A DNA stretch of 64,000 bases from an uncultured Verrucomicrobiae bacterium (GTDB lineage Bacteria; Verrucomicrobiota; Verrucomicrobiia; Chthoniobacterales; UBA10450), in assembly GCA_963726745.1 (NCBI GenBank), contig CAVSDR010000003.1:704001-768000 (forward strand), written 5' to 3'. Under the pieces are notes generated by a model. It was not told where the DNA came from, did no database searches, and worked only from the letters and a program-made list of their open reading frames with translations. Shown piece by piece: positions 43,601-54,400 of the stretch. Each line of letters begins with the position of its first letter. Position 1 is the first letter of the stretch. A program made the translations under genes and the position numbers.

Positions 43601-44170
43601 TGCGCGCCGGCGGCGCAACTCGTTAGCGCGGTTTCGCGCAAGGTCCACGGGAGCGTGGGCGCGTTTGAGATTCCGCTCTTCCCGCAAGTGGGAGGCGTGG
43701 TCCCGATCGAGCCCCGCCGCGGCGGCTCGCCGACCGGGAATCACCAGGTCGTGCTGGCCTTCCCCGTGCCGGTGAGCTTCACCGGCGTCACCGTAAGCCC
43801 TGGCGGCACGGCCACGACAACGCCCGCGCCCGGCTCCGCGCCGACGAGCGAAGTCGTGGTGAACTTGAGCAATGTCCCGGACAGCGCGCTGGTGACGATC
43901 ACCCTTAACGGAGCCACCTCGGGCGGCACCCCGGCCGACTTATCCGTGCAAATGCGCACGCGGCTCGGCGACACCAATGGCGACGGCTTCGTCAACGTGG
44001 GCGATACCCAGGAAACGCGGAACCGCTCCGGCCAGATCACGGACGGCGATGTCTTCCGGAACGACGTAAACCTCGATGGCGTGGTCAATGGCGGCGACAG
44101 CATCATCGTGCGGAACCAATCCGGCGGAACCCTCTCCACAAGCCCCGAACGCAGCCGCCGCGAAAAATAG
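40625..44170 (+). CDS. Secreted Asp-box/BNR beta-propeller protein with N-terminal beta-sandwich, Fn3 domain and VSRKxHG-Ig plus dockerin-like tail
   Basis: N-terminal hydrophobic leader; SEDNGATW, SNNKGQSW, TFDYGQTW; LNWTPPDHGGAPITAYKIYR; GDTNGDGFVNVGD...DVNLDGVVNGGD. Confidence 0.88.
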   Translation: MSQVILQSSRQFTAAALIICAVVLAFISFADHSRSAAPENGTLNPAGPSVSWTGTSAGGSSLDESTCDALDAVNCDTYILTVGGTPADWAGKKVNVKISWPNGLDDYDVFIHKGTVNGPVVGSAAAGGSGPEEVDLDPTNASIGTGAFAVRVVYFLVTPPAEQYTGVASVKGGGATPTPTATPTPSGTPLTANVPRYVNHYAPPGVMEDAGEPTMGVNWNTENVVRAPWQTFQNRLRNGTVLQTFNGGTSLYYGGINSYFLRATFDDCASPAGVQWDQIPLVTANTTRGFYDPILYTDHWTGRTWVGQELGLTPGGSTLEFTDNDGDTMHPSEGAAPSGGVDHQTIGGGPFHAPTPPTTITPKNPPDPAATPYPHSVFYASQAILTATSQLSLDGGFSFPVQTPMYTWQDCTGLHGHIKIAEDGTAFVPNKACEELNVPFVFGGNPAVVVSEDNGATWDIRTVPGIPSDAGLDDASVGVSWCPPNTPTCDKTERSKHIYLGFMYTGGRPGIAYSNNKGQSWARIVDLGALTGIKHIAFPAVAVGDPDRAAFAFFGTKTQGDYSAPEFPGVWHMYIAQTFDYGQTWTVQNVSPEGPIQRGGICGDGTCRNLLDFIDIQIDRQGRVLVAGEDGCIAGCEIGGANSFTAKAFITRQAGGKRMFSIYDTQTAEPHIPGAPGVQGFVDAANTKVTLNWTPPDHGGAPITAYKIYRATAEAGPWGNDKLIATVTEPGFMDTSFPPAMEKYYIVTAINSQGESPYCKVIHPLDVPQVTACNLPGIQVLNDTDANGADTDPPQQTPADPRVNVRRLHLAEPFVSPGAEPLVFTMQVAPSTTNTAPPNSQWLIIWNRQGTHAADPQDSSYDRMYVAMVTDANGVPTFEYGKFGIAINTSPPPLPDPNANAPKRYGAPDSATYDPLSGLVRITIAKSKLRAIDGGSGKYVINTDLAGTNVRTYFNRADYVSDPNAAVRSQRSQNNASDITSDATYTLRGNAVCAPAAQLVSAVSRKVHGSVGAFEIPLFPQVGGVVPIEPRRGGSPTGNHQVVLAFPVPVSFTGVTVSPGGTATTTPAPGSAPTSEVVVNLSNVPDSALVTITLNGATSGGTPADLSVQMRTRLGDTNGDGFVNVGDTQETRNRSGQITDGDVFRNDVNLDGVVNGGDSIIVRNQSGGTLSTSPERSRREK

Positions 44171-44282
44171 ACAGCAAGATCAGATGACCTTCGCCCCTGT
44201 CCGCCCCTCCGGAACCAATCAGGAAACCTGGTGACCGCGGCCGCGCGCGCTGCCCGGTAACGCGGCCGCGCGACCGCAGATC

Positions 44283-44317
44283 AAAAAAAATCGGCGCCGG
44301 GGTTTTCCCGGCGCCGA
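44283..44317 (-). terminator. Intrinsic terminator for the 44342-47620 gene (possibly bidirectional)
   Basis: 11-bp stem TCGGCGCCGGG/CCCGGCGCCGA with 8 T on the minus strand, between convergent genes. Confidence 0.85.
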
Positions 44318-44341
44318 CTTCCAAGGGGGTGATCTTGCTGG

Positions 44342-47300
44342 CTACTCCGCGCGGGTGGCCGAGCCGGATTTTGTGCGCACGATGATCGAATCGCCGCCGT
44401 TGATCACGCCGTCGAGATTCACATCGGAGCGGAAGTTACCGCCATCGGCCAACTGGCCGGAGCGGTTCCGCGTTTGCACGGTATCGCCGGCATTAACCGA
44501 CTGGTCGTTGGTCGTGTCGCCGATGAGCGCGCCGAAAGTCACGGGCACGGCGGCGATCGCGTTCGCGAGGTTGTCGACCACGCCATTGAGGGTCACCGAG
44601 ACCACGGCGGTATCGGGCACGCCGGTCAACTCGACGAGGTATTCGCGGGTGTTCGTGCCGACCGACCCGGTGGCCATGACGGGCTGCGGACTGCCGCCGG
44701 GCAAGGTGGCGGTGGCGGTGATGCTGCCGACGCTGGCGACCGGGTTGAGGAAGCTGAAGACGAGCGTGTGCGCGCCATTGCTCCGGCGGGGCTCGGTGGC
44801 GTAAGCGCCCGTGATCGGCAGCGGAATGTCGAAGGCCCCGGCGCCAGCGTGCGTCTTCCGCGAGACCACGGAGTTGAAGCCCGGGATCGGACCCGTGACC
44901 AGATAGGTCGGGGTGTTCGCGGTGCTATCGGCGGTGATCGCATTCGAGGTCGAGTCGACCGCATTGGTCGAGCGCACTTCGGCCCCGACGTTGGCGTAGG
45001 TGCGGGCAAACATCGCTCCCAGGATGTCGCCTGGGCGCGGGCTGCCGATTTTATCCTTCGAGATGGCAATCGAGATCACACCCCCGGGGACAGGAGTGTA
45101 GGAACCCGAGTCCGGTGTGCCGATGGCGGTGGTCGTGGGCAGGCCCAGGACCAAGCCAACAGTCGCGGTGGAGACGGTGCCGTATTCGTAGGTAAGCACG
45201 CCGGTGGCATCCTTCGTCATGCCGACGTAAAACTGCTGACCAATCGACGCGGGCGAAGCCCAAATGATGCGCCACATGCGGTTGTTCGGGATCAACGTGA
45301 GATCGGTCATCTTGAGCTGGAAGACGAGTTTGCCGGCGTTTGGCCCGGAGGCAGGCTCGGAGACGGAGAGCGCCTGGATGTCGAGGTCTGTATTGCCCGC
45401 CGGTCCACCGACCTGGTCGCCGGTTGGATCGGCCGCAAGGGTGTAACCGTTGGCGGAAGTCGAGGCGCCGACGTAGCGGGCCGCCACTTCATTGTCGCCA
45501 CAGGATGCGCCAAGCGCGTTCTTCGCCACGACCTTGTAATAGTAGACCGCGGCCGGGTTGGAAGCGGTGTTGTCATCGTAACGCGTCTGGCTGCCAGGCA
45601 CGGTGGCGAGGAGCGTTTCCATACCGGCAGCGGTGCCGCGGAGGATGTCGTACCCAGTGATCGGCGAGCCGCCGTCATCGGATTGCGACCAGGCCACATG
45701 GACCACGCCGCCGTTGCGCAACGTGCTGACCGCCGGGCGGCCGGGCACGGTGGCCACATCGCCTCCCGGGGGATCGAATGCCGCAAGCAAACGGCGGCCG
45801 CTCGACTGCCGGGCGATCGCTGCCAGCGCGGTGTAGCTATTGCCGACAGAATCATTCGGCGCCTGGATGCATTCGGCCCCGGTGCAACCATCGGAGAAAC
45901 CGACGAGCACGCGGCCTTCCTGGTCGATCTGCACGTCCATGAAGTCGAGCATGTTTCGGCAGACGTTCGCGCCACCGCCGAGCCAGACGCAGCCGCGCTG
46001 GACCGGATCGTCCGGGGTCGCGTCCACCGTCTTCCAGGTCAGGCCGCCATCGTAGGTGGTCGAGACGTAAAGGTGCCAAACGCCCGTAAAGCCGCGCCCC
46101 TGCAACCCGCCCGCGGTGGGCGTGCCGAGGAAGGCGAAGACGGCGCGGTTATTGTCGCCTGCGACCATTGCTGGGAAGACGACGTTGTTGATCCCGAATT
46201 GCGCGCCGACGTCGAGCGACGGGGTCCAGGTGCGGCCGTGATCGTCGGAGGTAGTCACGACGGCCTTGGTATCGCCATCGGCATAGCCGAAGTAAACCCG
46301 GCCGGCGGCGCCCACGCCAATCGCGGGATCGCTCCCGGCAGAGTTGCTCCCGGGAATCGTGCGGATCTGCCAGGTGACGCCGTTGTCTTCCGAGACAATC
46401 GCCCCCTGCTGCGTGCCGCAGCCTTTATTCGGCACATAGACGACGCCATCGGAGCCGACTTTCACGTGGCCATGGAGGCCGCCGCATTGGTCGGTGTAGA
46501 GCGGCGTGGAGGCGCCGTAGTTCAGGCCGCCGTCGTCGCTTCGCGCGCAGCTCGCTTCCACCAAAGCCTGCGAGCAATAGTAAACTGTGCGCGGGTAGAG
46601 CCGCGGCTGCGGCGGTGGCGGCGGCACGGTGTTTTCGCGGTATGGTCCGCCGCCGACGGTCTGGTGGTCGACGCCCGAGCCGATGCCGGTGCCATTGCTC
46701 GGATGCCAGACTTCGCCGTCGTTATCCGGGAAGGAGCTATCCGTGTAGGAGGACTCTCCGAGGATAACGTTTCCGGCAAAAGTGAGCAGGTGCGCCACCG
46801 TGCGGCCGGTGATGCGATCGGTGTAGAGGATCGGATCGAAGTCGACCTGCGAAGTGGGCGCGGGCTTGTTTTCCCAGAGTGGCTTGAGGCAGCCATTGAA
46901 GGTCACGCGCAGCGTCTGCACGTCGGCTTGGAACATCGCGCGGCCTTCCGGGTGCCCGGCGATCGGGAGGGCGATGCCGATGGAAGGCTCGCCCGAAGCG
47001 CGGCCCAGGCCGGCGGAAGCTGTCGGCGCTGCCGGCGGGTTGAACAACTCGAAACGCGGGGCGGATCCGCCCGCCGGCGTCGGTGCCGGCACTGGCGGCG
47101 CGCCGGAGCCGATGATATTGGCGAGACCGGTGTACTGGTCCGCCTGGGTAGCGGCGAAATAGACGACGTGCACGATGAAATCACCCGTGCCGATGCTCGA
47201 ACGCGCCGGGTTTAAATCCACCTGCTCCTGGGTGGTCCCGCCGGAGCCCGAGGAAGCCACCACCGGCCCCGCGAGCGTCCCTTTGTGGACATACATGTCG

Positions 47301-47620
47301 TAGTCTGTGCTCGGGCTCAGCCAGTTGATCTGCACATGCACCTGCTTCTGCGCCGCGGCCCAATCCGCGGGCGTGCCGGTGATGGTGAGCTTGTAGCTAT
47401 CGCAGCTGAGCCCTTCCATGCAGGAAGACTCCGCGCCACCCGAGGGGATCGAGCCGGTGCCCGTCCAGGTGAGGTTGCCGGCTGTTCCCGGGGAGATGCT
47501 GCCGCCGGAAGGGTTCGCCGCAAAACTGAGGAAGGCCAGGAGCATTCCGGCGACGAGGAAGGTACCGACGAGGAGCCAGCGCAGCGTAAAGGCAGACTTG
47601 GAGGTGGATCGACGATTCAT
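44342..47620 (-). CDS. Secreted Asp-box/BNR beta-propeller protein, Fn3, VSRKTHA-Ig plus dockerin-like tail
   Basis: Paralog of 40625-44170; SDDGGLNY, SEDNGVTW, SDDHGRTW, TYDGGLTW; GDTTNDQSVNAGD...DVNLDGVINGGD. Confidence 0.88.
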   Translation of the reverse strand: MNRRSTSKSAFTLRWLLVGTFLVAGMLLAFLSFAANPSGGSISPGTAGNLTWTGTGSIPSGGAESSCMEGLSCDSYKLTITGTPADWAAAQKQVHVQINWLSPSTDYDMYVHKGTLAGPVVASSGSGGTTQEQVDLNPARSSIGTGDFIVHVVYFAATQADQYTGLANIIGSGAPPVPAPTPAGGSAPRFELFNPPAAPTASAGLGRASGEPSIGIALPIAGHPEGRAMFQADVQTLRVTFNGCLKPLWENKPAPTSQVDFDPILYTDRITGRTVAHLLTFAGNVILGESSYTDSSFPDNDGEVWHPSNGTGIGSGVDHQTVGGGPYRENTVPPPPPQPRLYPRTVYYCSQALVEASCARSDDGGLNYGASTPLYTDQCGGLHGHVKVGSDGVVYVPNKGCGTQQGAIVSEDNGVTWQIRTIPGSNSAGSDPAIGVGAAGRVYFGYADGDTKAVVTTSDDHGRTWTPSLDVGAQFGINNVVFPAMVAGDNNRAVFAFLGTPTAGGLQGRGFTGVWHLYVSTTYDGGLTWKTVDATPDDPVQRGCVWLGGGANVCRNMLDFMDVQIDQEGRVLVGFSDGCTGAECIQAPNDSVGNSYTALAAIARQSSGRRLLAAFDPPGGDVATVPGRPAVSTLRNGGVVHVAWSQSDDGGSPITGYDILRGTAAGMETLLATVPGSQTRYDDNTASNPAAVYYYKVVAKNALGASCGDNEVAARYVGASTSANGYTLAADPTGDQVGGPAGNTDLDIQALSVSEPASGPNAGKLVFQLKMTDLTLIPNNRMWRIIWASPASIGQQFYVGMTKDATGVLTYEYGTVSTATVGLVLGLPTTTAIGTPDSGSYTPVPGGVISIAISKDKIGSPRPGDILGAMFARTYANVGAEVRSTNAVDSTSNAITADSTANTPTYLVTGPIPGFNSVVSRKTHAGAGAFDIPLPITGAYATEPRRSNGAHTLVFSFLNPVASVGSITATATLPGGSPQPVMATGSVGTNTREYLVELTGVPDTAVVSVTLNGVVDNLANAIAAVPVTFGALIGDTTNDQSVNAGDTVQTRNRSGQLADGGNFRSDVNLDGVINGGDSIIVRTKSGSATRAE

Positions 47621-47734
47621 AAGGGAAGAGTTCGGGGTTGAGCCGCCGGGACCGGCGACGGGCTAATCCTCTTTCGTGACTGCCCGTCCACGCGGGCGGG
47701 ATAATTTTCTCTCGGCAACCGAAAAAAACGCACG

Positions 47735-47768
47735 AAAAAGCCCCCGCCCGCGCGTGCGGACGGGGGCT
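47735..47768 (-). terminator. Intrinsic terminator for the 47791-51268 gene
   Basis: Minus strand AGCCCCCGTCCGC-ACGC-GCGGGCGGGGGCT followed by TTTT. Confidence 0.8.
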
Positions 47769-47790
47769 GTTCGTTGGTCGAAGTTGCCGG

Positions 47791-50700
47791 CTATTTCCCG
47801 GCGCGGCCCTGGTTCTCGGCGGAGCTGGTGGGATGGCCGGAATTCGCGCGGGCAATGATCGCATCGCCGCCGTTGATCACGCCGTCGCAGTTCAGGTCGC
47901 TGCGGAAGTTGCGCGGGCCTTCCTCGTCGGTCGCGATTTGGCCGGAGCGGGCCTTGGTCTGCTGAGCATCGCCGGCATTCACCAAACCGTCGTCATTGCT
48001 GTCGCCGATGAGCACCGGCAGCGGCACGTTGATGGTGGCCGAAGCGCCGCCCGAGGTGGTCCCCGGCAGGCTGACGGTGGTGGTGCGCTGGTCGGGCACG
48101 CCCGTGAGGTTCACGGTCACGACATTCCCCGCGGTCGTGGTGCTGGCAATCGTGCCGCCATCCGTCGTCGGCGTGCTGAAGGTGACCGGCGCGGAGAAGG
48201 TCAGGACGACCTGGTATTCCCCGGGCACGCCGCGACGTGGCTCGCTCTTCGCCGCGCCCAAAGCCGGGAAGAGGCGGAGATCGAGCGGGCCGACGGAGCC
48301 GTGGACCTTGCGCGAAACCGCGCTGACCAGGGAAGGCGCCGGAGCGCAAACGGCATTCCCCGCGAGCACGTAGCTGCCATCAGGGCTGATGTCGGAGGCA
48401 TTATTCTGCGAACGCTGCGAGCGGACCGCCGGCGTTCGGATCGGAGATGTAATCCGGGCGGTTAAAATACGTCCGCACGTTCACTCCGGCGAGGCCGGTG
48501 CCGGGGACATACTTGGTCGCGCCGCCATCGATCGCCTGCAGCTTCGAGTTCGAGATACTGATCTTGATCTCGCCCGTGAGCGGGTTGTAGCTGCCGCTAT
48601 CCGGGACGCCGAATTTAGCCGGCGAATTGGCCGAGGGATCGGGCAACGGCGGCGGCGAGGTATTGATCGGGATGCCGAACTTGCCGTACTCGAAAGTCGG
48701 GGCGCCGTTGGCATCGGTCACCATCGCGAGGTAAAGGCGATCGTATTTGCTGTCGTTCGGATCGCTCGTCTGGGTGCCCTGGCGATTCCAGATAATGATC
48801 CACTGGCTGTTCGGCGGCGCCGAGCCGGCGGTCGACGGCGCCACCTGCAGGGTGAAGAAGAGCTTCTGGGTGGTCGCATCCACGAACGGCTCGGCCACAA
48901 AGAGCTGCTTGATATTCACCCGCGGATCGGCCGGGGTGTTCTGGCCGCTGTCGTCATCCGTTCCGGCGGTGGTGGTGTCGTCGTTGACTTTGATGCCCGG
49001 GAATACGCAGGCAGTCTGGACGGGCCCGCTCGACGGGAGGAAGTCTTTGCAATACGGCCCCTCGCCCTGCTGGTTGAGCGCGGTCACGTGGTAGTAGTTC
49101 TGCACCGCGTTATTGAAGGTGGTGTCGGTGTAGCTCGGCGTGTTCACCGTGGCGATGAGGACGAACGGTCCGCTCGCGCCGGCGCGGCGGTAGACGTTGT
49201 AGCCCACGATCGGCAAGCCGCCGTTATCCGGCTCTTTCCAGGTGAGGTTGATCGCGGTCGGCGTGGCGTTGCCAGTGACGGCCGGGGCTTGCGGAATGGC
49301 CGGCTCGACCGGGTCGAACGCGGCATACATGCGCTTGCCGCCGGACTGGCGGGAGATGGTTGCCTTCGCAGTAAAAGAATTCGCGCCGCCGTTCACGCAG
49401 CCGCCGATGCAGCCGTCTTCCCATCCGATGAGGACCCGGCCTTCTTTGTCGATCGTGGCATCGAAGAAATCGAGCAGGTTTCGGCAGGTGCCGCTGCCGC
49501 AAATGCCGCCGCGCTGGACCGGATCGTTCGGGGTGACGTTGATCGTGGTCCAGGTCTGGCCGCTATCGTAAGTGAGGGCGACGTAGAGATACCAAACGCC
49601 GGGAAATTCCGGGGCATCGTAGTTGTCGCCCGCAGTGGTGGTGCCGAAGAAGGCAAAGGCCGCGCGGCCCTTGTTCAAGCCGAGTTGATCGCCGTCGCCC
49701 GCGACCACCGCAGGGAAGACGATGTTGTTGATCCCCAGTTGCGCGCCGACATCGAACGGCGTCGACCAGGTGATGCCCTTGTCGTGGCTCACGGCCACGC
49801 GGGCGTGACCGTCTTTGGCCTGCATGCCCAGGTAGATCGTGCCGTCGGTGGCGATGCCGATCGAGGGATCGCGGTCGCTCTTGGTGTCGGAGTTTGGAAT
49901 CTTGCGGATCGCCCAGGTGAGGCCGTTGTCTTCCGAGACGATCGCGGCTTGCTGCCCATCGGCATGGCCGACCGGGTCGCTCGTGCCGCCGCAGGCGTTG
50001 TTCGGCACGTAGACGGTGCCGGAGTGGCCGTTGGCTAAAGTCGCGGGCGTGGACTGGGTGACTTTGACGTGCCCGTGCAAACCGCCGCAATCCGCGGTGG
50101 TATACATCGGGATCGCCGGGCCGTAGGTCACGCCGCCATCGTCGCTGCGAGAAATGCGCGCATCGGAGACGCTCTGCGCCGCATAATAGACCGCGCGCTT
50201 GGCGCCGGTCGGCGGCCAGAGGGCAGTCGGCGGGGTCGTGCGATACGGCCCGGACGCCTGCGTCTCGTGATCGACGCCCGCCGGCGGTCCGGAGCCGGTG
50301 CTCGGGCTGAAGGTCTCGCCGTCGTCATCCGTGATGTCGGTGGTCGCGCCCGCTTGCGCCTCTTCCTGCATCACCCAAGTGCGTCCAGCCACGTGGTCGG
50401 TGAAAAGGATCGGATCGCCGAGTGCGCGCGGCGTCGCGGCGAGGACGAGCGGCTTCTGTTCCCAAAAGTCGTTCGCGGGCGAGGAGCAATCGTCAAACGT
50501 GATCCGCAGCATCGAAGGGAGGAAGCCGCCGTAGTAGGTCGTGGTGCCGCCGTTCGGGATGGGGCCGTTGCTGTTCGCAAAGGTGTGCCCGGAGCCGGGG
50601 CGGACGACGTTTTCGCTGCGCCAGTTCGAGCCGATCGAAGGCTCACCGGCGTCTTCTGCGACTCCCGAGGGAGCCGGGAAAGTATGGAAGCGCGCGGTCC

Positions 50701-51268
50701 CGGGCGGGACTGGCGTGGGCGTCGGCGTGGAACCCGGAGTCGGCGTCGGCGTGGGCGCCGCACCGGCGATCACCTCAGCTTTGCCAGCATATTGTTGCGT
50801 CGGGACGACCAGAAAATAAACCACGCGCACGACAAAGGTCCCCGTGCCGATGGTGCCGATCGAGGGATCGAGCTCGACCACTTCAGGGCCGCCGCCGCCA
50901 TTGGCCGAGGAGGCCACCAGAGGACCGCTGACGCTGCCTTTATGCACGAAGACGTCGAAGTCATTGTTGGCGTTGGTCCAGCTGATCGAGACCTGCGCTT
51001 TTTTACCGGCCCAATCCGCGGGCGTTCCGGTGAGCGTGAGCGTGTAGCTGTCGCACGTGGCCGCGGTGCAGGTGGTTTCGTCGAGCGAGGCGCCGCCCGC
51101 GGAAGTGCCCGCCCAAGTGACCGTGGGGCCGGTCGGATTCAACGATCCGTTCGTCGGCGCGGCCGATTGCGATGGGTTGGTGAAGGCGAAGAAGCCGAGG
51201 AGAACAGCGCCGACAATCAGAGTCAGCGCGCTAGCCTGGCGGGTTTTGCGGAGGAGGACTTTGCTCAT
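47791..51268 (-). CDS. Secreted Asp-box/BNR beta-propeller protein, Fn3, VSRKVHG-Ig plus dockerin-like tail; apparent +1 frameshift at ~48430
   Basis: Start MSKVLLRKTRQASALTLIVGAVLL; removing one base restores PNAAVRSQRSQNNASDI exactly as in paralog 40625-44170 and joins ORF 47791-48369. Confidence 0.87.
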
Positions 51269-51423
51269 GAAATAGAAGTGACGGAGTGGACCGAAAGCGA
51301 CCGCCGAGGGGGAAAGATCGCGCGAACGACCTTGCGACAACCGTGGACACTGAGATCGAAAGCGGAGGCGACCTCGGGCGTCTCCCATTCAATAAAACCC
51401 GAAAAAAGTCCATCTCGCTGGGC

Positions 51424-51460
51424 AAAAACAGCCCGGCCGGATCCGAAGACCCGGCCGGGC
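51424..51460 (-). terminator. Intrinsic terminator for the M4 peptidase gene
   Basis: Minus strand GCCCGGCCGGGTC-TTCG-GATCCGGCCGGGC then TGTTTTT (cUUCGg tetraloop). Confidence 0.85.
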
Positions 51461-51486
51461 GAGTTTTGACCCAAGGCGAGGCGACG

Positions 51487-54400
51487 TTACAGCGAATCGC
51501 CCGAGCGATTCCGCACCGCGATGGCGTCGCCGCCATTGATGTTGCCGTCTGTATTCACGTCGTAACGCAAGGTCGACGAGTCCACCGTCTGCCCGGAGCG
51601 GTTGCGCACCTGGATGGCGTCGCCGGAGTTAACGATCCCATCGGCATTGGTGTCGCCTACGAGGAAGGCCACCGGCACGGTGATCGTCTTGGCCCCGGAG
51701 CCGTCGTTCGCGCCGGTGAGCTGGACGTTCACCACCTGGCCGTTGGTTACGTTCTTTAAGTTCACGACGACTTCGTTGCCGTTGGTCGACGTGCTGTCTA
51801 TTTCCGCGCTCTTGCCTCCGGCCGGGGTCACGCTCGCGTTGGTGAAGGTCGCGGGCGCGCCGAACTGGAAGACGATCTGGTGGCTGCCGTTGTTCGGGCC
51901 GTTGCCAATTCGGCACTCGACCGCGCGGGTTCCAGTCAGCGGCAGGGGCATATCCTGCGTGCCGCCATGGAGCTTGCGCGAAACCACCCGGGCGACACCG
52001 GGCACGACGTTAACCGTGACCGGATTGCTGAACGGCCCGGGCGCGGCCTGCCCGCCGAGATCGAAGGTGGTGCGGACACGATAGCAATAGGTGCCGCTGC
52101 TCTTTTGCTGGACCGAGCTGGTCCCGGCGGTGGCAGCCACATCGACCCAGTTGTCGTTCACGATCGCGATGTCATCGACATACCAGCCGAAGGGCGCCGA
52201 GCCCGCGCGATCCTCCGCGCCGAGCGCGTAGTGGAAGCGCAGCCGGATGGTTTTGCCGCCGTAATCTGCCAGGCTCACGGAATGCGGGAAGAGCGTCTCG
52301 GTGGCGAAGGAAACCGCGCCGGTGCCGAGCTCCGAGCGATTGTGCAGATACACCGGGACCCAGCTCACGCCGTTATCCTCGGAGACCTCCACCAGGACAT
52401 TGTCGTCGCCTTCGTTGTTGTCCCAATCGAGGAAATTCAGGAACGTCTGCCCGCCCGTCGGGATGGTGATCGGAAACTTGTAGGTCAGGTAGGAATCCGC
52501 ACTCGTGATCCCGTTGACCCCTTGCACGTTGAAGGTGTTGCTCGGGTGCTGCGGCTTGGAGTTATCCGTCTTCCATGGCTGCGCCCCGGTGCCGGAGGTG
52601 GTGGTGGTCCAATTCGCCAAACCGGCCTCGGCGTTGTCGAACAAGAGCGGCGCGCAGGAGGTGCGCGATTCCTGGAGGACATCCGGCCCGATCGCCTGCG
52701 CGGGACGGACCCAGTTCAAGGTGAACTTGCCGTCTGTGTCCGGGTTCTCGTAGTCGGGTCCGGTGGTCAAGGTCGGGGCCTGCAAGACCGGGCAGGTGAA
52801 GACGCGGATGTTGTCGACATACCAACCCTTCACCCCGTTGCAGCCATCCTGGCTCCAGGTGAAGCGAAGGCGGATGGTATCGCCCGGTTGCGCCATGGAA
52901 GCGAGGTCAACCAGGGTGGTCCCCCAGGAGCCAAGGATCACCGACCCGAGATTCGTCCCGGTCCAGGCAATCTCGGAAGGGTTCGGATTGGTGTTGTTCC
53001 CCACGGGGGCGGCCTCGTTGTAAACCGTGTTCGGCGCGTTGAAGAGATACGCGCTCTTTGGGACGAGCTGGTACGCTCCCCCGTTTCGGCTGATTTCCAA
53101 TTGCCCGCCGTCCACGCCGGCCTCGCTCGCGATCCAATGGTCAAACGACAACTTGGCCGCAGTCGCGCCTGCCGGGATCGTGATCAATGGGCTGTCGAGC
53201 GTGTGGCTTCCGGAGAAGTCGCCGTTTGGCTGGCAAGTGCCGCCGCCTTCCTCGCCCACGGGAGGATCAATCGCAAAGGCCGCCGAGCCGGTGCGCCCGC
53301 CGGGTAAACTGCCGACAACATGGAAGAAACGCGTATCGTTTTTCGAGGGCTGCTGCTCCCAGTCGACCAGCCCGTGGCGAAGCCCATGCTCGTCTTGGTC
53401 CAGCCGCGCGCGGCCGCGCCGGCATCGCCGCCGGTCTCCCAATTTTCCGAGAAAATGGTGTTCGACCCGAGGCAAATCGGAGCTGGATCGGGATTAAGCA
53501 AGGGCCCGGTGGCGCAGGGCGGCGTGAGGCTCATCTCGACCGCGAGCATCGCTTTCGCGAGTTGCTGGCAATCGCCGGCGGTGATCACCTGCGCCGAGGG
53601 CGTGCCGGTGGCGCTGGTGGTCGACAGGTTCTTTAACGGCGCCCCGATCAGATCGCTGCAGGAAGTTTGCAACGCGGTGTCGTGGACTTTGAAGTCCGTC
53701 GTGGGCGTTTGGTAAACGCTCTCGGCCCGGAAATAGATCGCGGCTGCTTTCGTTAGGCCAATGCCGGTGATGGTCTGGCCGTTCCATTCATTCCCCGGGA
53801 AGAATTGCGTGCCATCAACCGTGAGGGCATAGCCGTGATTCGGCACGCCGGAGTTCGTGTGCACGCCGCCACCGTCGCCGGTGCCGCAGGCGTAATTGAG
53901 CGAAGAAACTTTGCCGGGCGCGCCCTGGCGGTCGGGATCGTACATATCGCGCAGGAGGAGAGACTGAAGTTCCTCGCCCAGGTCTTCGCCCACGAGCCAG
54001 CGTTGGCCGTTCGGATAGGGCTGGGCATTGTTGTTTCCGCCGATGCCGTCGGCGTTGTTCAGGAGGTCCACGGTCTCGCCAAAGATGTCGGAGTAACTCT
54101 CGTTCAAGGCGCCGCTCTGGAAGGCGTAGATCAAGCCGTGGGTGTATTCCGTGTAGGCGTGACTCCACTCGTGCGAGACCACGTCATCGGCGTCGAAGGC
54201 CGGGCAATAGTTCGTGGAGGTGCCGTTCCAGTAAGCGTTCGGGCACTGCTGATTGATCAGGTAGACGCTGATCATGTGTTTGCCCGCGCCATCGTAGGAA
54301 TCGCGGCCAAAACCGGAGGCGTAGAGGTTGTACGTCTGCCCGGCGAAATCGTAGAGATTGTTCACGAAGGGCGCCGGATGCGGTGGATCGCCCTCGCGCC

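Noticed and set aside
24867..53307. Many long antisense ORFs (e.g. 24867-26924, 36312-37913, 41801-43744, 44474-47215, 51880-53307)
   Set aside because: Expected shadows of high-GC3 genes; no recognisable motifs; fully overlap well-supported genes.
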